Of a stretch of 64,000 nt of DNA, positions 12,650 to 26,318 are shown piece after piece. Position 1 is the first letter of the stretch; every line of letters starts with the position of its first letter. Under the pieces are notes generated by a model. It had not been told where the DNA came from. It made no database searches and saw only the letters and a program-made list of their open reading frames with translations. This stretch comes from Octopus bimaculoides (taxonomy: Eukaryota): positions 7,469,885 to 7,533,884 of the forward strand of contig NC_069005.1 of NCBI RefSeq assembly GCF_001194135.2, written 5' to 3'. Both the position numbers and the translations under genes were made by a program.

Positions 12650-15371
12650 ATAATTAAGGGATCAGCAACAGTTGCTTCACCACATACCGAAGTTCAGAAA
12701 TAGCAGCTAAAGTGCTAAAACTCCAACAGATAGCAATACTTGTAACTCACAAAGGCAAAACAAGAAGAAAAAACAACGAAACTAACCAGTCTTAGTTAAT
12801 CATAGACACGTTTCTGGATCAGAATAATAATATATATATATTATATATATAATTGAATTTTTCCATTTTGGTTTTATATTGCATCTAGCCACCTTTATTA
12901 TTTTATAAATATATACCACATATTTACATATTATATTAACACTGACATTCCAATAAAGAAATCAAAACTATTGTTATTAACATTCCATAGCACAAAGGAT
13001 TGCACACACACACAGATACATGCAAGGGAAGATGGCTAACAGTTTAAGTAATACACTTTTAACATAGGTTTAGGTTCAATCGAAACTGATGTGCCAAGCA
13101 GAAATATTCATCAATATTCTTGTTTCTGAAGGCAGGGAGCTGGCAAATCTTTCGCCCGTCTTCAGATTTTGAGTTTGAATTTTGGAAAGGTTGACTTTGC
13201 TTTTCATCCTTTCAGGGTTTCTTAAATTAAGTATCAGTTGAACACTGGGGGTCAATGTAATTGACTTACCCCCCTCCCCCGAAATTGCTGGCCTTGTACC
13301 AAAATTTGAAACCAATGTTATAAATTATAAGGCAGTGAGTGAGCTGTCAGAATCTTTATCACACTGGACAAAATGCTCAGAGGCAATTCCTTTAGCTTTA
13401 CATTCAGTATTCTAATGTTACTGAGGTTGATAAAATAAGCACCAGTCAAGACCTGGAGTTGATGTCATTGACTAGTCCTGCATCCCTAAAATTTTAGGCT
13501 TTGTATTTATATAAGAATTATTACCATTAGACTGGTAGAATCATTAGCATGTCAGACAAAATGCTTAGCACTGCAGGGTGGTTGGTGTTAGGAAAGGAAT
13601 CCAACCATGAAAACCATGTTAAAACAGACACAGAAGTCTGGTGCAGTCTTCTGCCTGGCCAGCTCCTGTCAAACCGTCCAACCCATGCCAGCATGGAAGG
13701 TGGATGTTAAACGATGATGATGAATTTCTTCCAGCTTCACATTCTGAGTTTAAATGTTGACGAGGTTGACTTAGCCTTTTCATCTTCCCAGGGTCGATGA
13801 AATAATTATCAAGTGAGCATTGGAGATTAATGTAATCGACTAAAAATTTCAGGCCTTGTATCCATCATAGAAAGAATATTAATTATAAAGCTGATGAAAA
13901 TGTTGTTTACCACATCTACTTATAACCCTTCACATTGACTCAGATCTCTTAATCCTCACGTAATACACACACACACACATACACACACACACACACACGT
14001 ACACACATACTTGCTATAAAACACATTCCTAATTAAAAGCATAAATCATTTTAAAGATGAGATATTAAAGTTGATCTTAATACCTTAGATTCCTCGACTG
14101 TGTTTTCTATCAACATACTTTGAATGCCATGCTCACAACATGAAGTGTGTTATAGTTAACCTGATTAACTTTCACATAAACAGTGACCCTGTTTAATTCT
14201 CATTACTTAATTATACTGTTGTCACACATACATGTGCATTACTGTGCATGCACAGAATGATTTCCTAGTACAGGTCTGCTCTGGCTGTCAAGAGGAGGCT
14301 CAATAAGACTGAAACATGTCACAGTGTCAACTAAAGATCAGATTAATGCCCCCGCCTCAGCACATGTTTATTTTCATATGTCTATCACCTGCCTGTTGAT
14401 TGTAGTATTTCCAATTTGAATAAGTTTCTATGCCTTGGGGAGATGGGAATATTTAATGAAGGGCTTAGTTCAAAAGGTTAAGGTCTCTTCAGGTATAGAA
14501 ACACATGACAGTGTGCTGCAGCATGGCCCTTAAGGCTTTATTCCATTGTTTCTGGATCAGCCCTTGACAGCTTCTAAATTAATTTGGTTTATCAACCTAA
14601 GTTGGATGAAAAGACAAAGTTAATCTAGATGGGTTTCAAAGTCAGAACATAAAAAACTACATAACCAAATATAGATGCAGGCATGGTTGTGTTGTAGGAA
14701 GCCTGCTTTCCAACCACATGGTTTTGGGTTCAGTCTCACCACGTGGCACCTTGGGCAAATGTCGTTTTCTATAACCCCTGGGCTGACCAAAGCCTTGAGA
14801 GTGAATTTGGTAGACAGAATCTGTAAGAAACCTTGTGTGTGTGTGCACGCACATACGTGTGTATGTGTATATATGTGTTTGTATGTGAGTGTATTTGTCC
14901 TTCCCCCACTGCTTGACAACAGGTTTTAATTTGTTTACACCACCATAACTTAGCAGTTTGGTAAAAAAAAACCGATGGAGTCAGTAACTAATCTGAATAA
15001 AAAGATATAAGTACTGGGGCGCCTTTGAAGGTGCTGCCACAGCATGGCTGCAGTCCAATGACTGAAACAAGCAAAGACAACAGCTGGTAACGTTATTGAT
15101 TCTGACTTCCATTACACACATCTGCTTATGTAAAACGAATATAGTTTTAGATTCTGAACGGAAATTCCAAGAATATTTATCAGCCCACATTGTAAATACA
15201 GTCAAAGTGACTGAAATTAGTTCAGGTGTGTAGGAAGGTGACTGTTGTCATTGTTGTTCGATGTATTATTAATAGAAGACAAAAGCAGCAAAGTGAGCTG
15301 ACCTTAAAAAGACAGCCACAAACAGTACCTGCCTGTGTTTCCTCCTGCCCACCCACCCACTGCTTGGCACC

Positions 15372-15375
<4 letters not shown>

Positions 15376-15435
<60 letters not shown>
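15376..15435. repeat. Perfect (CCAG)15 tetranucleotide
   Basis: Read directly from the sequence. Confidence 0.95.
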
Positions 15436-15436
<1 letters not shown>

Positions 15437-15456
15437 AGCAGCCGGAACAGCAGTAA

Positions 15457-15550
15457 ATGTCAGACAATGAAGTTGACCTTGACAACTGTCATGACACAAC
15501 AAGAGAGGAGTGTAACAGCAGGAGCAGCAGTATGATGCCCTCTAATACAG
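15457..15550 (+). CDS. Candidate first coding exon of an unidentified gene
   Basis: In-frame TAA directly before the ATG; MSDNEVDLDNCHDTTREECNSRSSSMMPSNT; donor ACAG|GTAAAA; upstream acceptor-like ttagttcAG at 15225. No homology recognised. Confidence 0.4.
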
Positions 15551-15695
15551 GTAAAAACTAAACACAACATCAAACGATTCACACAGACATACATCAGACA
15601 TCACCTGTTATTATTATTTTCATTATCATCGACCAACCCCTTTCCCTCCATCACAGCGCACAACTCCATTCTTCAAATGACATGTTTGTGCTTGC

Positions 15696-15728
<33 letters not shown>

Positions 15729-16129
15729 AATAAATATACACACACACACACACGAGTGGCATAGATGCAGGAGTGACTGTGTGGTAAGTAGCTTGTTTAC
15801 CAATCACATGGTTTCAGGTTCAGTCCCACTGTGTGGCACCTTGGGGAAGCGTCTTCTACTATAGCCTCGGGCTTACATATATATATATNNNNNNNNNNNN
15901 NNNNNNNNNNNNNNNNNNNNNNNNNNNNNNNNNNNNNNNNNNNNNNNNNNNNNNNNNNNNNNNNNNNNNNNNNNNNNNGTGTATTTATGTCCACGTAACT
16001 TAGCGGTTTGACAAAAGAGACCAACAGAATAAGTACTAGGCTTACAAAGAATAAGTCCTGGGGTTGATTTGTTTGACTGAAGGCAGTGCTCCAGCATGGC
16101 CGCAGCCAAATGACTAAAAGAACATATAT

Positions 16130-16180
<51 letters not shown>

Positions 16181-16729
16181 CTGTACTTAAAAATAAAATA
16201 TAAAACTAGAAGACAGACAAGTGTGGAAACAACAGACAAGGTGTGTTAGTTTGACACTCAGGGAAAATGGAAGAGACTTTGACATTTCGAGTCTATGCTC
16301 TTTGACCGAAAGGAATAAGGAAAGAAAATGAAATGAGAGGGGAAATAAAACAGCTAGAAAAAAACATGTCTGGTTTAATGGTTATATATGCATACATATA
16401 CACATATGGAAGTGTGTGTATACATGTATGTACACACGTGCATGCATGTGTCTGTGTGTTTGTGCATGTATACACACACACATACTATTGCCGTGCATTA
16501 CAATGAATGAGTGTCAAGTTATGCGATGGACCGGATGAATGTATTCATTGGTTGAGCAGACAAATTGTCTGAATATTCTCCACACACGTGGGTTGAAATT
16601 GAATCAGCTTGACACAGTATGATCATATTACTAGGATGTGTAGAATTACAGGCATCTGGTAGATTTCTATAGAGTTTCCATCTAGCCAATTTTGCTCACA
16701 AGAATAGCGCCAAGCCTTGGCCCAAGTTG

Positions 16730-17095
16730 CATCTGGTTTATGTTCAAACTGGCCAGATCCAATCCCTCACACCTATCCTACAGTGTCATTCTAAAAATAA
16801 GCAATCACACCATCGAAATCTCAAAGCAACAATATACTGCATGATTATTTCAAAACAATTGTGAATAAATGAGAATTACATTTGACAGAGTAATCGGAAT
16901 GCTGAAGGGTTAAACCAACCATATCAGGCCCAAATAGTCTACCTGTGTTATATCCAAACTGACCAGATCTGACCTCTTATGTCTACCCTACAAAGTCATT
17001 CTAAAAATAAACAATCACATCATAGAAATTTCAAAGCTACAATATAATGCATGATCATTTCAAAACAATGTGAATTGTTAAGAATTACATTTTAC
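16730..17095. mobile_element. Tandem family-A MITE copies
   Basis: Two successive gttcaaactggccagatc...cattctaaaaataa.caatcaca.catcgaaat.tcaaagc blocks joined at gggTTAA (16914). Confidence 0.7.
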
Positions 17096-17387
17096 AGCAG
17101 TGGAAGAGTATGGAAGGCCATCACCATTTATCATGTATTTTTCCATGCTGGTATGGGTTGGACAGTTTGACGGAGCTGATGAGCCAGAGGACTAAACCAA
17201 TTCCTACAGGTTGCTTTCGCATGGTTTCTATGGCTTGATGCCCTCCCTAATACCAACAGAGTGCACTGGATGTTATTTACATGGCACCAGTAAGGTTACC
17301 AGGTAACTTGCAAAACAAAGACCCCCCTCAAGTGAGATGGGGAGTAGAACTAAGAAAGGTGATTCTATGCCAGGTGATGAGAAGTCA

Positions 17388-18030
17388 ACCCTTTAGCATT
17401 TAAAGTGGCCATATCCGGCCAAAATATGCTACCTGTTTTATGATCAAACTGGCCAGATCTGGCCTCTCACACCAACCCTACAATATCTTTCTAAAAATTA
17501 ACAGTTACCTCATCGAAATCTCAAAGCTACAAGATAATGCAGGATTAATACAAAACAATGTGAATAAATAAGAATTGGCACCCATGCCAACGTTGTCTCC
17601 TTCATTGGACACGAAACTCGGCTTGCGAAGACCTATTGGGGCATGCGAAAGCGAAATTGTGATGGCACCTGTGCCCAGCGTCACCTTCCTGGCACTTGTG
17701 CCGGTGAGCGAGATAGTTGCCAGTGCCGCTGGACTGGCTCCTGTGCAGGTGGCACGTAAAATACACCATTTCGAGCATGGCCGTTGCCAGTACCACCTGA
17801 CTGGCCTTCATGCCGGTGGCACGTAAAAGCACCCACTACACTCTCAGAGTGGTTGGTGTTAGGAAGGGCATCCAGCTGTAGAAACTCTGCCAAATCAGAT
17901 TGGAGCCTGGTGTAGCCATCTGGTTTCACCAGTCCTCAGTCAAATCGTCCAACCCATTGTAGCATGGAAAACGGACGTTAAACGATGATGATGATGATTT
18001 GACAGAGTAATCTGAATGCTAATGGGTTAA
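17388..18030. mobile_element. Family-A MITE interrupted by a young RTE-tailed SINE (17577-17998)
   Basis: MITE left part ends ...aataaataagaatt, the SINE ends (GAT)n, and the MITE resumes ttgacagagtaatctgaatgctaatgggTTAA. Confidence 0.8.
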
Positions 18031-18732
18031 AGTATGATTGAGGGACAGAAACAAGTGTCTGGCTGTAGAGAAGATACATGGAAAAGAGAAAGGAGAGAGA
18101 GAGAGAGATAGTGAAGAAGATGCATGAGGCAGACAGAGAACTGGAGGGGGTGAGTGGGCAGGAAAGTGCAGGAGAGTGCGAAAAGAGAGACACAGAAAGA
18201 AATGCTGAAAGGAGGATTACAAAAGGTTGAATCTTGTAGCGAAAGGAGATGACAAAGGATTGCAACGAATGTAAGTTGTTGTTGTGCTGGAGAAAACCTG
18301 TCCGACTCACGCAAGCATGGAGAAGCAGACATAAAATAAACGATAAAGACAATGCATGGATGTGCATATAAAGAGAGACTGCGAATAATTACTTGCATCT
18401 TTCTTTACAACGGAAATGAATGAATCCACATATAAATGCGTTTACAAACAAAGAAAATCCATTTTAAAATGTTTCCAAACAAAGGAATGATGAACACAGT
18501 CCAGAATCTATTGAACTGAAATCAATAAACCGTCTTTAAGCCTATTCACCATCCACCCACCCACTCACCCCATTTATCCATCAGTATGAAACTGTAAATG
18601 TTAGAGATACCAAAAAAAAAAAAAAAAATCAATCACTCTTTGACTGACATTAAACGTGTGAGTGAATATATGGTAACTTGAATACAGGCATTATGGAACA
18701 TAGATATGGGCATACACACGTTGATACACGTG

Positions 18733-19135
18733 TGTACGAGGGGGTGCTGAAAAGTTCCAGGCTTTAAGGGTATCGTGAAGGGACAGGTTGGAGACCCAAC
18801 CTTCTGAGTTCTTTTACAGGGCTCTGAAAAACTGAAGGACCACTGCAATAAGTGTGTGAATATCTGAGAGGGGAATATGTTCAATAAAACCATAAGTATC
18901 TGATCCTCCTGTGTTTTCTTTTACCCAAAGCCAGGAACTTTTTAGCATCCCTTTGAACACACACACACATATATACACATTTATATATGAAGGGGTGCTA
19001 AAAAGTTTCGGGCTTTAAGGAGGATCAGTAAATTATGATTTTCTAAGCCCTGTAAAAGAAACCAGAAGGTTGAGCCTCCAACCAGGCCTTTCGCAATACC
19101 CTTAAAGCCAGGAAATTTTCAGCACCCCCCCCTCA
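18733..19135. mobile_element. Two mariner-derived MITEs; related copies at ~11937-12105 and 59265-59345
   Basis: TIRs tacgagggggtgctgaaaagttcc.ggct and agccaggaact(t)ttt.agca.ccc. Confidence 0.7.
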
Positions 19136-19965
19136 TATATATATATTCTTTTATTCTTTTACTTGTCTCAGTCACTTGACTACTGCCATGCTGAAGCACC
19201 ACCTTGAGGGGTTTTAGTCAAACAAATCGCCCCCCCCCAAAAAAAACTTTTTTTTAAAGCTTAGTACTTATTCTATCAGTACCTTTTTGCTGAACTGCTA
19301 GGTTACAGGGACGTAAACACACCAACACCGACTGTCAAACAGACACATAGATATATATATACATATATACACAATGGGCTTCTTTCAGTTTCTGTCTACC
19401 AAATCCACTCACGAAGCTATAGCAGAAGACACTTGCACAAGGTGTGCCATGCAGGGGATGGGAAGCAAGCTTCTTACCACACCCCCACAATTATATATAT
19501 ATTTTTATTTTATCTAGCTGATGAGCTGTGGCCATGCTGGGGCACCGCCATACACATATATATAATTGTTCCTTGTGAGGGTCATTATGCCAATATAAAT
19601 ATATATGTTCTAACACACTTATTCTTCTACATTTCTCAGTCTAACTGCAGCCATACTGGAGCATTATCTGAACTAGTTCTTATATCAATGTAATAAACAT
19701 TTCATCCAACTGTATTAAAACACACAACATAAACAACAACACCACCAGTTTATTAGAGCAATGTAAACAAAAAGCCAGACACAGGTGCAATGCGCCGTGA
19801 AGTGGGCCAGAAGCCAGAACTACATGGTGTGAAGTGAAATTCCATAATTATGCAGCAAAATTTGTGTGACTGTGTTTGTGTGTGATCATTGTCATTTAAC
19901 ATTCGTTGTCCATGGGTTGGATGGTTTGACAAAAGCTGCACCAGACTCCAGACTTATTTGGCATA

Positions 19966-20019
<54 letters not shown>

Positions 20020-20242
20020 TCATTGTCATTTAGCGTCCATTTTCCATGCTGGCATGGGTTAGACGGTTTGACTCGAACTGGTCAGCCAGAAGGCAGCACC
20101 AGGTTCCAGTCTGATTTGACATGATTTCTACAGCAACCACTCCAAGAGTGTAGCAGGTGCCTTTTACATGTCACTGGCAGCAGCCGACTGTGTACGTGTG
20201 TATTTATATATATATATATATATATATATACAATATATATAG

Positions 20243-20700
20243 AGGGAAAATAACCAAGTTTCAAGAACTCATCGATGAAAATCCACTATCACATATAGAA
20301 AAATTAATAATTAAAAGCACAATAAATGAGTATAATATAAAGTAAAGTAAATATCATAAGATGAATATTATATTAATCTTATGATATTTACTTTACTTTA
20401 TATTATACTCATTTATTGTGCTTTTAATTATTAATTTTTCTATATGTGATAGTGGATTTTCATCGATGAGTTCTTGAAACTTGGTTATTTTCCCTAAAAC
20501 TATATATTTTATCTATAAAGCTCAATTTAATTTTAATTTTTTATAAATAGATTTTAATTGAGTTTTTACCTGTAATTTTGGATTTTGTCCCTAATATTAT
20601 TATTATTATATATATATACATATATACATAATTTTTTTGTTTCTTTCTGTGTTCCTTTCTGTGGAAGAGCATAGGCTTGAAACGTTATAGATTTTTCCAA
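20243..20700. mobile_element. Penelope-like element terminus with fold-back inverted repeat
   Basis: Perfect 120-bp inverted arms followed by ...ttctttctgtgttcctttctgtggaagagcataggcttgaaacgtt, a tail I associate with Penelope-like ends. A related piece lies at ~16210-16340. Confidence 0.4.
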
Positions 20701-21130
20701 GTGCACATCCTTAGTATCACAAAACATTCCAAGGCACCCCCCACCAGGTGTTCTGAGTAAAAAAGTTGCACACCATCAACCTCACTCTTTTGTCCATGAC
20801 CATTTTCAATCCAGTGACAAGACCACGTCAAGATGACTGGGGATGGAGATGGATGCAGTGGATGACCAACAGTTTGTACCTGCTTCATCCTGCTCTCTGC
20901 ATCCCACAATGCATTGCTGCTGTTGCCTTCCTTTCTGTTGGACCACAAAGGTTTCTTCTGCAAAGTCTGCTGGATCCAGTCTTCACGTGCACAGGTAGGC
21001 AGGCCCTAATACGCTAACCCATAGACGGGATCCAGCCAGGTGCTACTACCTCAGTCAGGGTAGACATGGGGACAACAGTGGCTGAGAACTGATTCTACAT
21101 TCCTCAAAAACCTTGGGGCCCATGACTAGA
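20700..21130 (+). mobile_element. Probable RTE/BovB-type LINE 5' UTR fragment
   Basis: GC-richer non-coding block (gcatcccacaatgcattgctgctgttgccttcc...ggatccagtcttcacgtgcacaggtaggc) resembling RTE 5' ends from memory; no coding frame recognised. Confidence 0.4.
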
Positions 21131-21535
21131 TGCATATGAACAGGAAAAGCACATGCAAACACAAACTACATAGCCTATGGCTATGTGCACCAGTTGCCAT
21201 GGCCATAGGCGCTGACACTGCTGTGTGGTTAAGAAGTACACTTCAGAACTGTGTGGTAGGGATTTGGTCCTATTGTTTGGATGCTGTCAGCTGGTATCCT
21301 CTACTATACCTGCAGACTGACTAATATGAAGGTATTGTGAAGCTGGTAGATAGAAACTGAAAGAGGTGCATCATCGTCATCATCATCATCACCACCACTT
21401 AACATGGGCTGGCAAGCCAGATGGCCTGCACTTGAAAAAAAAAGTGTAAGAGTTGGTGACGTGAAGAGCATCCAGCATACAAGCCCTGCTTCAAGTATGT
21501 CTTATGTAAGTTATACTAGCATAGGGAAACAAACG

Positions 21536-21764
21536 TTAATCCTTTAGCATTTAAATTGGGCGTTGCTTGGCCCGAATATTCTACCTGCTTCATGTTCAAA
21601 CCAGCCAGATCCATCCTCTCAGACTTACCCAACAATGCCATTCTAGAAATAAACAATTACAGAAAAAATCTCAAAGCTATGAGAGAAGAGACAATGCATG
21701 ATTAGCGCAATATGAATGGATAAGTATGATATTTGACAGACTAATCCGAATGCTAAAGGGTTAA
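21536..21764. mobile_element. piggyBac-like MITE (family A)
   Basis: TTAAtCCTTTAGCATT...AATGCTAAAGGGTTAA. Confidence 0.8.
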
Positions 21765-24699
21765 ACAAAAACGATTTATATATATATATATATATATATA
21801 TACTCAGAACATACTAAAAGACGGTTGACATTAGGAAGTGTATCCAGATGTAGAAATCATGCCAAAGCAGTTACTGGAGCACAATACAATGCTTGGGCCT
21901 ACTGTGTTGGCACTCTGTCGCTTACGACGTCGAGGGTTCCAGTTGATCCGATCAATGGAACAGCCTGCTCGTGAAATTAACGTGCAAGTGGCTGAGCACT
22001 CCACAGACACGTGTACCCTTAACGCAGTTCTCGGGGATGTTCAGCGTGGCACAGTGTGACAAGGCTGACCCTTTGAATTACAGGCACAACAGAAACAGGA
22101 TGTAAGAGTGAGAGGAAGTTGTAGTGAAAGAATACAGCAGGGTTTGCCACCATCCCCTGCCGGAGCCTCGTGGAGCTTTAGGTGTTTTTGCACAATAAAC
22201 ACTCACAACACCCGGTCCGGGAATCAAAAACGCGATCCTATGANNNNNNNNNNNNNNNNNNNNNNNNNNNNNNNNNNNNNNNNNNNNNNNNNNNNNNNNN
22301 NNNNNNNNNNNNNNNNNNNNNNNNNNNNNNNNNNNNNNNNNNNNNNNNNNNNNNNNNNNNNNNNNNNNNNNNNNNNNNNNNNNNNNNNNNNNNTATAGAT
22401 GGATAGATAGATAGATAGATAGATAGATACATAGATGGGTATGCTAGTGGAAACCAAAATTCTTTAGAATCAATATTTCTATCAGTACGTGTGTAGTTCT
22501 GAACAATACTGTTAATCACCAGGTATCACTGTATAATTTTGAATAGTATTTAGCGAGCCAACAGCAGAACCAAGACTACATTCTTCAGCCTGCTAGAAAT
22601 AGCAGCCAAGTCGCTTTCAAATGCCATGTTACTGTCTTATCAAAATGAAAAACACGTTGAATAATATAATTGTTTAACTGAGGTTGGCTTTGATGAAGAC
22701 ATCTCAGCCATGACCGCCCCATATTTTATAAACCATAAAGTAGCTAAGGCTGTTGAATGCACAGATCTCACTGCTTTTTCTTTTTTTTATTTTATTCTTT
22801 TACTTGTTTCAGTCATTTGACTGCGGCCATACTGGAGCACCACCTTAAAGGATCTTATTCGAAAAAAATCAACCCCAGAATTTATGCTTTGTAAGCCTAG
22901 CACTTATTCTTATCGATTTCGTTTGCAGAACAGCTAAGTTACGGGGACATAAACACACCAGCATCGGTTGTCAGGCGATGGTGGATGGGGGGGGGAACGA
23001 AACAGACACACACACATAAATATAGGCATATACACGATGGGCTTCTTTCAGTTTCCGTCACAAGGTTTTGGTCGGCCCGAGGCCATAGTAGAAGACACTT
23101 GACCAAGGTGCCACGCAGTGGGACTGAACCCAGAACATGTGGTTGGAATGGTGTGAGTTGAATAAGATGTCTGCTTTTTTTTTTAACAGGTTAGATAATG
23201 CATTCCTAGACGCATTTTGCCTCATAAAAATGACGAAAGGATGGCCGTAGGTGGAATTCCTTCGATCATAAACTGTTCGCTTGTGTCAGTCATGGCTCTA
23301 AACAACAACGCATTCCTCCGCCAAAATTCATGCCCATCGATCTACTTCATAACTTCACCTATCGATCATCACGTAACCAATTTTAGAGAGACATACCTAA
23401 TTATGCAATGTTGCTACCAGGAATCGTCCGCATACTGGTGAATATACGGTATAAGGAGTTGAGCAATAGATTCACTCTAGCTTATTTCTGTATTAAAAGC
23501 TACATAAGCAAAAGTCAAATTCATATTGACTTATTGACGCAACGAATATAGAAAAATAAAATCAATATTTTTTTCAGTCGTCGGGATATAATACAGATGT
23601 CTGCGAAATGATGTATTAGATTAACATACCCATTGCATAAGATTAAAACGAAAACGTTTAATTAAAGATTTAAGTAACAAAACCCAAATATATGTCTAGC
23701 TATCCAAACACGAAAGAAATTAAGACACATAATGTTAGAATTCTCCCCTGAAATCATCCATATATTGGTAAATATCCCAGGCAATGAAAAGAAGAAGAAA
23801 AAAAAAAGAATATATATATGGCTTCTACTATTGAAAGCTAAATTGTTATCGATCACCTGATGCAATGATTATAAAAAATATAATCGTTAATTATTTCATT
23901 AGTAAAAAGAAAAGGGGGGCTGGGAAGAAAGAACTGTCTTAAAGACAGTCAGTATGTGAATATATATAAGGAATTTTGTCGATATATTTTGAAATAGATT
24001 TTTTTAATTGTATAGTAGAAAACACCTGAAATGCATTAGTTTGGGATTCGTTTGTTTGTTTGGTCTTTTTTTTTCTTCTCATTTTTTACAATATAGAATT
24101 GATATATTAAAGATAAGAATGGACACAAATATTGAGTGAAATATTTAGTGTCCGTGCATACGTGTTGCCTGCTCGTACGTTGGTGTAATGCCACAAGACT
24201 GATAGCAACAGAATCTAATAGTAATATTCTTATTCAATGTATTATTTAAAAAGAAAAGACAGGAATTAAAAGGCCAGACACAATAAACAGTGTCGTTCAT
24301 CCAATTCATAATAGCAGCGATCAAAGATCGTGGCTATCTTGAAATGTACATATTTCAACGGAAATCGAAGCCCATTCAAGACACACAAGAAAAAAAGAAA
24401 AACAATTTCGTCTCATCAGTTAATGGTCGAGCAAACGCTGCGACATCATTTCGGACAGTTAAACACACACACACACACATACATACATACATATATATAT
24501 GTGTGTGTGTGTGTGTGTGTATGGGAGCCAAAAGGTCAGCTAACTAGAAAGGTCGATGAAATTGGGCAGTTGAGTCTCTCTCTCTTTCTGTGTGTGTGTG
24601 TGTGTGTGTGTATGTATCATCATCATATATGTGTGTGTACACATACACACACACAGAGACATACACATAGTAATAGATACACGCGCGCGCGTATGTATG

Positions 24700-24730
<31 letters not shown>

Positions 24731-26309
24731 NNNNNNNNNNNNNNNNNNNNNNNNNNNNNNNNNNNNNNNNNNNNNNNNNNNNNNNNNNNNNNNNNNNNNN
24801 NNNNNNNNNNNNNNNNNNNNNNGCGCACATTCCTGATCGTAGATCAGTCTTCCACATAATCCTCATCAAAAAATGTCAAACGTACCCCAAATATCACATC
24901 TCTCTCTCTCTCTGCTCACAACAACTTATTGCAATGGGTTTTCTCGACGACGCAGTTCATCATTACACACACACACACACATCCATACATATACACACAT
25001 CATATCTAGTCCTGCCTCCGAAACCTCACCTTTCACCTTTCCCATATAACAACCTATTTAATTTAACTGGGGTTTTTACTATGATTAATTTTACATCCAG
25101 GGTATAGAGGAGCTTCTACGTGGTAACACGAACTTCCAGAAACGGCAGTCAAATCGTCCTTAAATCATACGCCCCAACGTTTAAAATAGAGAATGATTTT
25201 TATTTTGGACGATCTTGTTATTATATCAGTTTTTACAAACCAGAGACTGCAACGTTTTATTCCTTTAAAGATGATGTGATATGAGGACTTTTTCGCTGTT
25301 ATGTCCAGCAGATCAACAACGACGGTCTGCGTTTTCAGAGAAGTAAATGGAATCAGTTATGCAATGTTGGTTGGTTGGTGTCGTTGGCCGAGATTGGTGT
25401 CAGGTGTGGTGATTCGGGACAGGTAGGTTGGTCGTTGAAGAAGCATAAGGGCTGTGTGTGTTATTGAAGGATGTTAATAATGTTACGGAATGTGTGTGTA
25501 TGTGTGTGTGTGTAAGTATGCATCCACGCATGTATATATGTGTGTATGCATACATGCATGTATATATATATATGTGTATGCATACATGCATGTATATATG
25601 TGTGTGTATGCATGCACAATATAATTTCTTCAAAAGGTGTTCTGTTTGATAAGGTCACACCACACCTTATCTCACTAAGATGCAAACTTTAAGTGTATGT
25701 GCGCGCGCGCGTTTATACACACACACACAAGATTAGTAAAGAGATTATAAGCCTGCAGCCAGCGGGTCTGATGGTAACTTTCTGACAGGCCATAACCAAC
25801 GACTACATAAAATTATATATATATNNNNNNNNNNNNNNNNNNNNNNNNNNNNNNNNNNNNNNNNNNNNNNNNNNNNNNNNNNNNNNNNNNNNNNNNNNNN
25901 NNNNNNNNNNNNNNNNNNNNNNNNNNNNNNNNNNNNNNNNNNNNNNNNNNNNNNNNNNNNNNNNNNNNNNNNNNNNNNNNNNNNNNNNNNNNNNNNNNNN
26001 ATATATAGATAGATAGATAGATAGATAACTATTTGGTTTAACTTAATTATTATAACTTATACAATTCGGTAGCAGTAGAAACACACATTCTTTCACTGTG
26101 TGTGTGTGTGTGTGTGTGTACATATAGACAGAAACCTTCACTATGAGACATACTCAACCAAAATAAAATCTCTGTGTGTATTGGCGAAGCTCCCTCGGTA
26201 AACCGAGTTCACGTCCAGGTTTCGCGCCCCGATTCCCTATTGACTGTGCAACCGTTCGTTGCTCAACTCCTGCAAGGGACCAGGTCGGATCGGGTCGGGT
26301 TCGAAAACA

Positions 26310-26318
26310 ATGGACATG
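26310..26318 (+). CDS. Candidate micro first coding exon (M-D-M) after a CpG-rich leader
   Basis: aaaacaATGGACATG|GTAATT at the end of a CpG-rich island (26165-26310). No downstream partner identified. Confidence 0.22.

Noticed and set aside
17575-17929. Recurrent ORFs such as MKPDGYTRLQSDLAEFLQLDALP (also 32199, 53949, 56722)
   Set aside because: They are translations of the same non-autonomous repeat, not a gene family.
23420-23440. YADD on the minus strand (QYADDSW)
   Set aside because: Immediately followed by a stop, with no flanking RT motifs.
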